From NCBI GenBank assembly GCA_040285855.1, contig JAUFOQ010000017.1:558001-622000 (forward strand): a DNA stretch of 64,000 bases, in the 5' to 3' direction. A program made the position numbers and the translations under genes. This document shows positions 1 through 11,021 of the stretch, in pieces (position 1 is the stretch's first letter; the number at the start of each line of letters is the position of its first letter). Source of the stretch: Eukaryota sp. GEM-RC1 (taxonomy: Eukaryota). The notes under the pieces are model-generated. The model saw nothing but the letters and a program-made list of their open reading frames with translations, was not told where the DNA came from and ran no database searches.

Positions 1-313
1 TAGTAATCGTGTATTGTAAATTCAAACAAATAACAACAAAACAATGTTGAACAAGTAAAACTACTCAATTTCCAAAGATTTACTAGATAATGATTTTCCA
101 AAAGAAAGGGAAACAAAGAAGGTAAAGTTAGATACCACATGTTTCTTGGAAAATTTGAAATCCACTAATTCTAAATATTTCAACAAGCACTTTGAATCAA
201 TTAATGAGGTTGATTATGGATTAGTTCAAATAACTAACACTATCAGGACAACAAAGAAACAAATCTTCAAAGACTTTCCCCATGGTCAGAATCAAACACT
301 TTTAAAAACAGGT

Positions 314-1672
314 TTAATATCGACGACGTCTATAACCATGACCACCTCTAGTTTCTCTTCTTCTTTCCTTGACAAAGAGTAAAGTAAAAGAACAGAAAGG
401 ATTATGAGGAGTGGAATTCTTTGATTCATGACGTTTTCTAGCATTTTCCTGAGAGATATCATCAGTTCTTTCCAAAAGGAAACCATGACCCTCAATCAGT
501 TCAATCCAACGAGCTCTACTTTTGTAAAAAGCGGAAAAAGTCGATATCCAATTAGGATCATCACGAGGATTTGACCATACTAAATCATACAAACCATGTT
601 GAAAATCAAATAATTTAGAATAATTCTCATTCTTTAAATCATGTTCTCTGATAATAAACACTCCTTCAGGTTTCAACACTCTAAATACTTCTTTAAACAA
701 CACCTCAGGGGTTTCCACGTGATGCAAACACATCAAACACGTAACAATCCCAAAAGAGTTATCATCATAGGGAAGAGTCGTACCATTAGTCCTAGAGAAA
801 ACGAATCCTTTAGAGTAGCCAATGTCTCTAACGTCACATCCATGAGTGTTTCGCTCTAATGTGTTGTTGACGATCCCAAGAGCGCCCGTAATTCCTCCCT
901 CAGCACATCCAATGTCGAGTATAGGAGCTTCCTTAAGAGAGAAATGACGAGGAACTAAGCAGAGGGTGGTCTTAGCTCTGGAAATGGACCTCCCATCGTT
1001 TGGATCAGCAACGACGTTTCTACAGGGAGTAAAGTCTGGAGCATGGATGAGGTGGTGGAGGTGGTCAAAGATTTGGTGGTCGGGTAGGGTGTGGTTAGAG
1101 TCAAGGTAACGTGTGATGTCGTTGAATTTTGAGCCCGACCTTTTGAGAAGAGCTTTGGCTCGAGGGAGGAGGTCCTGGTCAGTCCAAAGGTCAGAGATGA
1201 GGTGAGTATCTGGGGTAGTTGACTGAGAGAGGAAGAAGAACTGTAGAAAGAAATTGTCGTGTTCAAGGGACTGTGAGTTGTATGTAGAGACGTCGTTGAA
1301 AGAGAGTTGGGTGGAAGAAATGAAGACAATGAAGGGAAGGTTATCGCTGAAGAAGGAGTTGATGTCAATATCAGAGGGAGTATCAGAGGGAGTATCAGTT
1401 ACAAAGATGGCACAAACAGGTTTTGGAGGGATTGCTGCTTGAAGAAACTCTAAGAAAGGAGTTGAAAGGGTTTCAATTTTTGTGCAATTGAGCTCAGATG
1501 GTGTTGAACTATAGACCTTAGTGAAAGACTCGCATTCAGACAAATCATCAAGAAATGAAGACGGAGGATTTAAGCAAGCTATTTCACGAGAGGTTGACCG
1601 TTGAACATCATATCCAGATGGTGGACATAGGAGATGCTGTTGTTTTTCGATAGATTGAGAAAGAGAAGTCAT
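314..1672 (-). CDS. Class I SAM-dependent methyltransferase (Methyltransf_11-like C-terminal domain); N-terminal half possibly a degenerate VP39-like cap 2'-O-MTase fold
   Basis: 452-aa ORF; motif I LDIGCAEG, LPYDDNSFGIVTCLMCLHHV, RVLKPEGVFIIREHD. Confidence 0.8.
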   Translation of the reverse strand: MTSLSQSIEKQQHLLCPPSGYDVQRSTSREIACLNPPSSFLDDLSECESFTKVYSSTPSELNCTKIETLSTPFLEFLQAAIPPKPVCAIFVTDTPSDTPSDIDINSFFSDNLPFIVFISSTQLSFNDVSTYNSQSLEHDNFFLQFFFLSQSTTPDTHLISDLWTDQDLLPRAKALLKRSGSKFNDITRYLDSNHTLPDHQIFDHLHHLIHAPDFTPCRNVVADPNDGRSISRAKTTLCLVPRHFSLKEAPILDIGCAEGGITGALGIVNNTLERNTHGCDVRDIGYSKGFVFSRTNGTTLPYDDNSFGIVTCLMCLHHVETPEVLFKEVFRVLKPEGVFIIREHDLKNENYSKLFDFQHGLYDLVWSNPRDDPNWISTFSAFYKSRARWIELIEGHGFLLERTDDISQENARKRHESKNSTPHNPFCSFTLLFVKERRRETRGGHGYRRRRY

Positions 1673-1851
1673 TCAGTATTAAATTGCAAAATTTTCTAAA
1701 AGGAGTCTTAATGTGACCCCGAAAAGTAGCATCTACATGTAGAAGTAATTATTCTAAAGTTAAGAATCTTAACCTTGCTGGATACTAGTAGGATAGAAAT
1801 GACAAAAACACCAATTTATTTCAAAAACATTTACAAATTTGATCACGATAA

Positions 1852-4343
1852 TTAGAGTTGAACGGGATTTTTCTTGATAATTGTTAAGAAAACATCATCC
1901 AATCCACTCATATTCACAGTGAAATCCATAATATTAAAAGGATTTCCAGAATTCGAATCCTTCATAATTTCCAAAAATTCTAAAATTTCCTGTGCCTTTT
2001 CCGTATCTGCAACAGAAAACTTGACCAGATTATTTGCAAAATCATGAGACACACCATTAATGTACGGATACTTCGCAATTTCCTTAGAGAATTCAGTCCA
2101 AACACTCTGCAAATTCTTGAAAAAAACAACTACTCCGACTCCCTTACCATACCTAGACTTCAACTGCAAAGGAGTACCAGAAGCTACGAGCTTACCTTGA
2201 TGTAGCATATGAACGGTATCACATAGCAAGTCAGCAGCTAATAAATCATGATCAACCATGACAATACTTCTGTTCTGTTTCTCTCTCTGCATTAAAGAAA
2301 GAATTCTACGTTTATCTTTGGGGGATAAACCAGTAACTTCATCTATCATCACTAGCTTTGCACCACCAAGGAAACCAATACAAACAGAGAGGCGTCGTTG
2401 CATTCCCCCCAGAGTAAGTAGAGACTTGGCGGTGGGAAACGTCATGGAGCTCAATATATTTTAATAATTCAGTTGATGAGTCAAAATTGGTTTGGTCATC
2501 GAGACCGCGGATTTTACCAATCAAAATCATGTTTTCTAGAGCTGTCAAGTGATCAAAAAGACAATCAAACTGAGGGACAACGTTTACTTGTGATCTGATT
2601 GCACTCTTTTCTAGAATCGTATTCTTTCCTAAAACGAGAGCTCGACCTTTAGTTGGAGTGAGCTCACCAAGTAAAAGATTCAATAACGTTGACTTTCCAG
2701 ATCCATTCTGACCAATCAAACCAGTCGTTTGACCTACAGGGAATGGGAAAGAGACGTTATCCAGAGCTAGAGTTTGTTTTAAATAACCAAAACCATATCT
2801 AAACCTCATTGAAAGTCCAAGAATATTAATACAAAACTTACCAGAATTAACATCAGTAGAAGATCTAGCAGCCAACAGCAAGTCCTTATCTCTTTCAACT
2901 TCAATAATAGAGTCTGCAACTACTGAATCTAGGGATCTCTTGGAAGCTAACTTCTCCCAAATGAAGTTCTTGACCAGTAGAAAATCTCCAAAGGGCCCAG
3001 AAGGTCTTTTTAGGGAGGACATAGGCAAAGTAGAAGGATAACACCATGTAAGCTAGTGATATCCATCTAGAGAGAGCAAGATAGTCACCAAATGAGTATC
3101 GACATGGGACGGTGGGAGCAAGGATACAGAAGGAGTCAAGGTCTTCAAAGATAAGACCTCCAATCTCATCAGAAGAACCAGCAATCAAATGATCAAAGAT
3201 GACAAAGATCAAAGTGGGAGGGAAGAAGAGGGTGAGGAAGCGGTAGATAGTCTTGGTTCTAAAGACAACTTCTATTACAAACACAAACACTGAGCTTAGA
3301 ATGATGGAAGAAAGCACGAGTAGAGTTGACCAGCCTGCCCATCCAGAAGGAGTTCCAATGAAGGAGGAAGTGAAGAGAGTGGCAGCGGTGGAGAAGAGGA
3401 CTAAATGAGCCCAGACATAAATGACTAGTTTGAGTTCATTTACCACGAGGGCTTCCACGTCGATGATAAAGGTGGCGAGGAGCAGGAGACCTGAGCCGAT
3501 GAGGACAAGGGCAAAGAGAGTTAGGAGCCAGGAACACCAGAAGGCGGAGTCTCTCATACCACATTGAATCAAGTGAGCTCTCATTGAGCTCTTCTTTTCA
3601 TCAATGACGAGGAAGGAGAGGAGGAGAACGAGAGAGAGGAAGAGGTAGGATACGTAAGAGCTGGCGTCTGTTTGGACTTGACCTCTGGAGACAACAGGAT
3701 GAGGAGCGAATGCCCAGGAGAAGTCAATGGTGAAGTCCTCACCAGCGGTGTAGGTCATGAGAGCTTGTTGAAGTGAGGCATGAATGGGGAAGGCAGTGGA
3801 CTCAACGAGAGGGAAGCAGGGATCATAGGAGTATCCTGCACCATAGAGCTGTTCATTGGTACATGTGGAGGTGGCAGAAGCATTGAGACGGACCACGGCT
3901 TTGATAGTGTTGTCATAGTTGTCATCCACTGTGAAGTCAATGGCAGCAAGAACTGGAACTTTGGTACCGTTGTAGAGGTAAAGAGAAAGTTCTTTGGAGG
4001 ATGGCAGGAAGACGACATTTTCGATGGACTGACCCCGCTGATCCATCATGATTGATACTATTTTTCTGTAGCTCGGTTCGTCTGGTGAGACTGCGAGAGT
4101 ATAACAAGGGAGGTCACATGTGGGAAAATGCTTTGAGATTGAGTTAGACTCAGGATGTTTGATATCTCGTCCTTGTTGACGAAAATCAGCGTCCTGTGTG
4201 ATGGTAGTCATTTTGGATAGTTGAATGAGGATGATGATGACAGCAACTGGTAAAACAGTTCTGAGAATCACATTTGAAGGAGAACGTTTCAAGGTAAGAT
4301 AGTTCTTCCATAGAAGCACACGGAAGTGGGTGAACCAAATCAT
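1852..4343 (-). CDS. ABCA-family half transporter (one TMD plus one NBD), split into 3 ORFs by two homopolymer frameshifts (~3007-3011, ~2405-2410)
   Basis: N-terminal LLWKNY motif, TM helices, Walker A GQNGSGKST, signature YSGG-MQRRLS restored by removing one G from a G6 run, Walker B VMIDE. Confidence 0.88.
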
Positions 4344-4905
4344 TTGTTCTGTAACAGAAGAAGAAAGATTGGAAATTTTTGTGACAAGATCGCCTCAAAC
4401 CAAATGTCTGAATGGTGTTTTACTGTATCTGTTAAAGGTACATAAAGTCTAAAGACATAAACAAAATTAACAATACTACTCCGTGACATGATCTTGAACC
4501 CCAAAGAGTTTCTGTAAAATTTCGCCGAATTACTGAAACATTGAACGAATCATAGAAAAAACAATCCCTCCAAAAAGTAATGTTAAACTTCTTGCCAAAT
4601 TCGCGACACAATGGATTAAAAGATGATAAAAGCTATGTATATTTATTGATTAGCTACACACTCAGATTCGGTCAATTACAGTATATAGTTTCTGTGTTGT
4701 ATATTCTATTTCCCTGCTGAAGTACTGTACATTCCAAAGAAGAGACAAAAAAACCTCTAATTATCGTAAATATGAGGAAGAATAAGTACTCAGCTCATCA
4801 CATATCAATAATAAAAATACTGTGCACATAATCCACTCAGCTATTTTGGAAACCTTTTGATAAAATTTGTTTTGTACAAATAACATTTATTTAAGAAATA
4901 CATTG

Positions 4906-7136
4906 TTAATCGTTGAGCCGAGTAGGTCTAGAGAAAACTCAAGTGTTTTTGTCTTTCAAAAGCATTATGATATTCGAGTTATGACGAAAATGATTGCTGA
5001 TGGGAAACTAGCTTTGTAAACAGTATACTGATATGATCAAGGGTTCCTCAAAACTGAATTGGCAATTCAATAATTACCAATCAGTTAATTTAAAAATTGA
5101 TTGTGTTTCAAATAAAGAAGAACATAGACTGACTGATGATGAAAAGAATTTGTTGACTCCTTTTCAAACACAACCATCTGAAATTCATCGATGAATGTAA
5201 AGCCAGCTGGTACTAAACGTATATGAAGCAAAGAAAAAGAGCTCAAAGAGGGTAGAAGTGAAGCGAGAAGAAATGACGTGAACTTAGACTTTATACCAGC
5301 CACTAGTGTGAAAGTTGAACGTCTCTTTTCCATTACGAAATCTCTCTATGGATTACAGGGACACTCTCTTTCTGACCAACACATGAACATATCGCTCTTT
5401 TTGAAATACAATAGCTCTTTATCGGACATTAGGGACTTTAGAACACTTTGATGTACAAATTTCGTCGATGAAAGTTAGGACGAACTTTAAATAATTATAA
5501 AAGATTATCTTTGAACTTTTTTTGTTATACCAGTGAAGTAAAAAAATGATAAACAATTGACACAATTACCTGTAATAACTGAAAAGTTGATTGGGATCTA
5601 TTTTACAACTCCAATTAACTGCCAATTCAGTTTTGAAGAACCCTAAATATGATGGACTACAAGTAGGATTTATTGAAATACAAAGGTATGTTTAAAAATC
5701 AGAATTTGTCGTTGAATAACAACGCCAATAAAGTGTCTGCAACACTGAAAATATTTTCTGAATAGCCCAGCATGAAGACAGTCCCTCAGAATCCTTAAGA
5801 ATCTTGTTCCTTAAGAACTCAATAGACGGTCTCAATCTGACTACTGCACCGCGTAAACCATGATGATCAAGAGACAATGAAATCTGGCTAGAACCTATTG
5901 TATTTGGATAGAGTTCTGAAATGGATGCAATGAGTCCGAAATTTTGGCCAACAGATGAAAGAGGAAATCCTTGCAGTATTCCAAATTGTCTTCTATTAAC
6001 AGACAGTCATTCCACAGTATTTTAGAGTTCACACTAAATCTGGCTGGGGGATTTTGTCAAAACAGAAGCAATAGCAGAAGCTCAAGATTTAGAATCCAAG
6101 ATTTCTGGAGAAAGAATTCAAAAATAAACAACGACTTTTTACACAAGCCGTTCTTTCAAATACGGAACAGACTCCTTCTTTTCTAATTCCTAAGCAGACT
6201 TTTCTGTCACAGTAACAATTGGGGCATACTTATTTGGATCAACACCCACAAGAGTTCTATCATTTAGATTTAATTCCTCAATATCGGCATCTGCTAAATC
6301 ATCCAGGTACTTTTCTAAAAAAAAAGTTGGAAGTTGAATTGTAGAGTATTGTTTACTAGAAGTAGCCACAAGACCACGAAAGCTATCTGGTCGTATTATT
6401 ATAAACAGAATGAACAAAATACTTGATGCAAAATCATATCCAAAATAGGATAAAAAGAGATCAACGTTGAGAAATATTTAAATTTTAACCTCAGCAAGTT
6501 CTAGAACACTGTGAGGATTTAACTTTCATTGTTATTGAATTGTATCGATAGTAATTATCAAATTATAAATACAAATTCATGAGAACAAAGAAACTGTCGA
6601 GGAAATCAAAGTGATGGAAATTACTTCCACCACACAAGAAATCAAACTTTCTAAATAAATCAAGAGGGAGAAAAGCAGGATCGTGGCGTGAAAGATACGT
6701 TTGCCTTGAAGTAATTTTAGAGATGAATGGTACATCACCTTGATGTATCTATCCTAGTAGGTCAGAAAAAAGTCTAAGAAAAGTCTTCTATTATCTTCAA
6801 TCGAAGTAGAAGATATGCTTTAAAGGACTAAGATAACTTTGTTCTAGAGTTTAGCATGAAAGTTCTTGATAAAAACAACAAAAAAAGGAATATTATGTAA
6901 ATAGAGAAAAGTGTTGAGATTGACGCCTTGGTGACGTCATCATGTGACTGAAGAGGACGTTAAGAGTGAACTACGGGACTCAAAAGTTGGTTAGCGATGA
7001 CGAAGAAGTCGTAGTCACCCTAAAGGCGTATGTTCAATATTAGTAGGACACGTTGTAACAGTTCTCTTTCGGGAGTAGTAAAGTAAGCGTGATGTTGTGG
7101 AGAACAATTAGGAACTCTAACTACAGTAGGTTTCAT
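4906..7136 (-). pseudogene. Decayed Fanzor1 (eukaryotic TnpB-like RNA-guided nuclease), interrupted by a hAT element at ~5039-5645
   Basis: Manual minus-strand translation gives, in Fanzor order: IITIDT (~6550), GYDFASSILF, EKYLDDLADADIEELNLNDRTLVGVDPNK (RuvC-I-like, ~6315-6230), then a C-terminal ...FSRP beyond the hAT insertion; many in-frame stops. Confidence 0.62.
5039..5645 (+). mobile_element. Internally deleted hAT DNA transposon
   Basis: TIRs agggttc(c/t)tcaaaactgaattggca(a/g)tt; near-TSD gatatgat/aatatgat; internal hAT dimerization-domain fragment DFIPATSVKVERLFSITKSLYG...SLFLKYN (~5290-5410). Confidence 0.85.
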
Positions 7137-7162
7137 TTCGATAGCCTTTTTCTGGATTCCTA

Positions 7163-7507
7163 ATGTCAGAAAAGCGGCCTTTCCTTGATGGCAAAACTAA
7201 GGATGAAGACTCTGCTTTACGAGCTCTAGAAGAACAAGATCAAGAGTTAATACGTCTTTCTTCCAAACTTACTCGTGTTAACCAAGGAACTAGAGAGATT
7301 GAACGTCAGGTTGATGAACACTTAGCTCTAACAGATCATCTATCTCGTTATATGTTATCTGCTCGCTCTGCAGCAGTCACTTCTACAACAAGACTTAACA
7401 CCATGATAAGAACTGGTGGTTGCAAGCAATTCTGTTATATATTTCTTGGCTTTCTGCTGGCTTTGTTTCTTATTAGAATTATCTTCCTTAAACGAAACGT
7501 TGAGTAA
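7163..7507 (+). CDS. Small tail-anchored Qc-SNARE (Bet1/Bet1L-like)
   Basis: 114 aa; heptad SNARE motif (EQDQELIRLSSKL...IERQVDEH) followed by a C-terminal TM helix. Confidence 0.72.
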   Translation: MSEKRPFLDGKTKDEDSALRALEEQDQELIRLSSKLTRVNQGTREIERQVDEHLALTDHLSRYMLSARSAAVTSTTRLNTMIRTGGCKQFCYIFLGFLLALFLIRIIFLKRNVE

Positions 7508-7608
7508 TTGTTGTTGTAAATGCATTCGTTTAAGTTGGCTGTGAGTATATATGTCGTCTTCTTGTTCCTTCGTCCATTGTGTAGAGGCCACAACAGTGGT
7601 CGGAAGCG

Positions 7609-7680
7609 GCCTGTATGGCTCAGAGGTAGAGCACTCCTTTCGTAAGGGAGCGGTCCAGAGTTCGATTCTCTGTGCAGGCA
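7609..7680 (+). tRNA. tRNA-Thr(CGT), intronless
   Basis: Acceptor GCCTGTA/TGCAGGC+A, D arm GCTC-AGAGGTA-GAGC, anticodon arm CTCCT-TTCGTAA-GGGAG, T arm CAGAG-TTCGATT-CTCTG. Confidence 0.95.
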
Positions 7681-7915
7681 TGTTCTTATTTTCTTTTCAA
7701 AATTCAGAATACTATCACTATTGAAAAATGACATACCAGTACTTCTAAGTCATATCACGTTCTTGTCTCAATCCAAAGAGACTGTTTAAAATCGAACCAA
7801 ACTACCTAAATAATGCTTTTTTTAATCAGAGGAAATGATGGTTTTTTCCTTAATAACTTTCGTTAAATTTACGGTAATGTTGGACCGGCTGCACAATGTT
7901 TTTAATTTCTTTTGC

Positions 7916-7975
7916 TAAATTGTGTTCTGAGTACGGTAACGTTTTCAACCAAAATTTTTGGTAGAGTAGGTTAAC
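7916..7975 (+). repeat. 60-bp dispersed repeat, copy 1 (copy 2 at 24321-24380)
   Basis: 55/60 identical by direct alignment, same orientation. Confidence 0.85.
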
Positions 7976-8987
7976 AATTCTATATATTTCATCATCTCCA
8001 TAAAAACTAGGGGTAGGGTAAATACACCACCCCCATTTAATTCAATGTAGTTTGTACCTATCTACGTCATTACTATTATGTTTTAATGATGTGGTCTATA
8101 AATGAGTTCCAAGAGCGTTGTTTTGCTTGATCTGATCACACTCCTCTTTTAACAAAATGTTTGGAAATTATTTGAGTCGTACCTCCTGCCTAGGAGCGTT
8201 CTTGTTCAATAAACTAAAAACACTATGACTACAAGTGAATGAAGCCTTCCCTTACATAAGAAGAGCATCTAATGATGGTCGTTTTTCATTAAAAATATTG
8301 CCTTCAATATAACTGAATGGAGGTCCACGAAACGTGTACTGAATTCCTCCATCAGATCACTTACTTGGTGTAGCACTTGTACAAATGTGTAGAGTAGTAT
8401 TCCATGGATCACAAACTCCATGTAGGATAGGAGAGAATCTGAGATGGTGTGTTTACCCGACCCCAAAAACTATTTGAAAAAAAATCATAGAGTTGTTTGT
8501 TGAGTATCCAATGATTTCTGCAGTATTTTCAATCTTAAGAATTATAACAACTGTGGTCATTTTAGATCTTGACGTCCAGCACATTTTGCTTTAGAGAGCT
8601 CTTTGGAAACATTGTAGTTTACAAGTCCTCTTTGAGTTTATAAAATGCCCTTATGTTCCCACTTTCTGTTAAATCACATGGTTTAACAATGCAGAATGGA
8701 AGACATTCAACAAAATTTGATCACTCTGAAAAATGACTATATAGTATATACCACTGAGTATGCAACGAAGATAAAGGAAACGACTTGAAAGCTCTGGAAT
8801 TCATTACTTCTTATTTTTCCAAGATTGACAACCTTCTGACTGACGATATGATGTCACTAACTACTATTACTGACAAATTTAAAAGTTTTAGTTTCCAAAT
8901 ATGTGGAATAAACAATAGTTTCATGACCTTTCTAGTTGCTGCTCATCAATTATACCTCACCGAACGCTGTGTTGTTATAGTATGAAA

Positions 8988-10643
8988 CATAGTTCAGATG
9001 TACATATACACTGTATATACAGTGTATATAAAAATGCCCAAGATGTTGGTTAACGGTGTATATTGTATATGAGTTCAGTTACATGTTATACAAGGGTTTG
9101 TGAACTTGTCAGGGTCTACTGGATGATCAGACTGCGTTAGTCCATTGTCAAGGACAAAGAGTCAGGTCATTAAGCAAATAAGTAATGACCAATTGAAATG
9201 GGATGGGTTAAATACCCCCAGAACTCAACAAAAATTTTTCATATGATATTGAAAAACATATTAAGTTTTATATTTTACAAATTTGATACTCCGGAAAAAT
9301 CACACATCTTTTTAGATCTACAGCGCCTTCAATCGCTCTGAATTTTTCTAGATCTTTTAACGAGTTGAGGATTAATTTTTTTTGCTTCATTGTTAGAACT
9401 TGATTCAACGTTACTAAGAAGTCACTTGTTTACTTCTACTCATTTTGGTGGTATTGATTTTACCAAATCGTCAATGCTTTGTAAACCTGCTTTCTTTAGG
9501 GGGCGGAAAAAAATTCATTTTTGAATTTGTTAATCGATTTCCAAATGATATTTCACTTATTAACCTCAGTTCTTGTAAATATTTATTTGACTTAAACGAA
9601 CTGTTTGTAGAGGTGCCAAAAATCAATGTTGAAGATGAAAGTGAAGAAATTACGATAAGTTATGATGATGGACTCTGGTTTCTGCTCGGAAATGGAGGAG
9701 GACGTGATTATGGCATCTGTATCCAAAGATGCAGGTGTAAAAAGAAGAAAGATTACAAAAATGACTGTTAAACGCTTTGTGGCTGATGATTAGACTTCTT
9801 GTTCAATAAAGTATTTTATATACATGTATTTGTTGATGTATGTGTGTATGAACGGTAAACCAGGCCCTCTCATAAGATAATTTAAAATAATTTGAACATC
9901 CAAAAGTGCCAAAAATAAATGTGAAATAAATATAATTAAAACAAAATAAAACCCAAATAAAAACAAAATATTTTACTATACATCTAAACTGAGTCACTAA
10001 TGCTGAATAAACCATCCATTTCATCATCCCTTTTTTGTCGAAATTGGTTAGTTGACTTTCTGCTTCGTACAATTGCTCTAAATTTGTCGTCATTCCATAG
10101 ACATCTGTGGATCTTCAATATTAGTTCAATGTTCAGCATCGTAAACGATCATGCGAATCGTTCAATGATCATATATCCGGGTGTAGTCGTTGGATTGACT
10201 TACAACACAGGTAAAGGCTCGTCTGTGTTGGTTAGGTTCAACATTGAAATGGCAAAGTATGAGGAAAAATGTCTCAACCTTAATTTTTGTCTGAGCTTGA
10301 GTATTTCACACATCATGTTTCAAGTCAATCAACAACCTTGAGCACTAAAATAAACTCATGTATTGTATAGATCAATGAAGTTTACTTTCTGACATTTTAT
10401 TTATATTTATATATATTTTGTTTTATTTTGTTTTATTTTGTTTTATTTGCACGATCGCCAAAAAGGCTCAAAAATAAATATAAATAGAAATAAATAGAAA
10501 TAAATAGAATTTATATTTATTTATGAGGAGCCCTGCGGTAAACACAATTGTTACTTAGTGTATATCACAGTATATACAAATGTATATGTATATTGTGTAT
10601 ATACAGTATATGAAAAATCAAACCCGTGTATATCTGAACTATG
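8988..10643. mobile_element. Non-autonomous hAT element (outer), contains a nested hAT
   Basis: TIR catagttcagat(g/a)taca at both ends; perfect 8-bp TSD gtatgaaa (8980-8987, 10644-10651); subterminal tatacac/gtatata repeats. Confidence 0.85.
9861..10535 (-). mobile_element. Nested internally deleted hAT element
   Basis: Imperfect TIRs caggccctctcataa / ttatgaggagccctg; perfect 8-bp TSD cggtaaac (9853-9860, 10536-10543); minus-strand transposase-like debris (YMIIERF, ELILKIHRCLWN). Confidence 0.85.
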
Positions 10644-11021
10644 GTATGAAATGTACAATAATTAACACTTCTTCCATCAGTGCAAGTTGTTGCTTCGGAA
10701 AAATGATCCTTTGCAAATTTCCACTCTTTGACCATGACACAATATATACTGTTTATGTTCTGAAATTTTGTCGTCACCGGAAATCGACTACATGTACTAC
10801 GCTTTTTTGTTTTACCACGTTTGGTTATACAAAACCGTACATTTGTTACACTAAATGAAAAGATAATTGTTGTAACGTAAGACTCAGTCCAAGTTTATTA
10901 AATCTATTCTATCAATGTAAGTAAGAAGCGGTGTCCTTCGACACCAGATTCAGTGTCTGATGTTTCATAGATTGACTCTTGCTATTTTTTCGTTAATCAA
11001 ACTGTTTACAGTCGATCACAA

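Noticed and set aside
7355..7734. Minus-strand ORFs 7355-7681 and 7435-7734
   Set aside because: Antisense shadows of the tRNA and SNARE gene; most other short overlapping ORFs in the track are likewise shadows of longer genes
8010..9230. Possible inverted ends (ggggta...ccattt) at ~8010 and ~9220
   Set aside because: The match is loose, there is no TSD, and the right copy lies inside a different, well-defined hAT element
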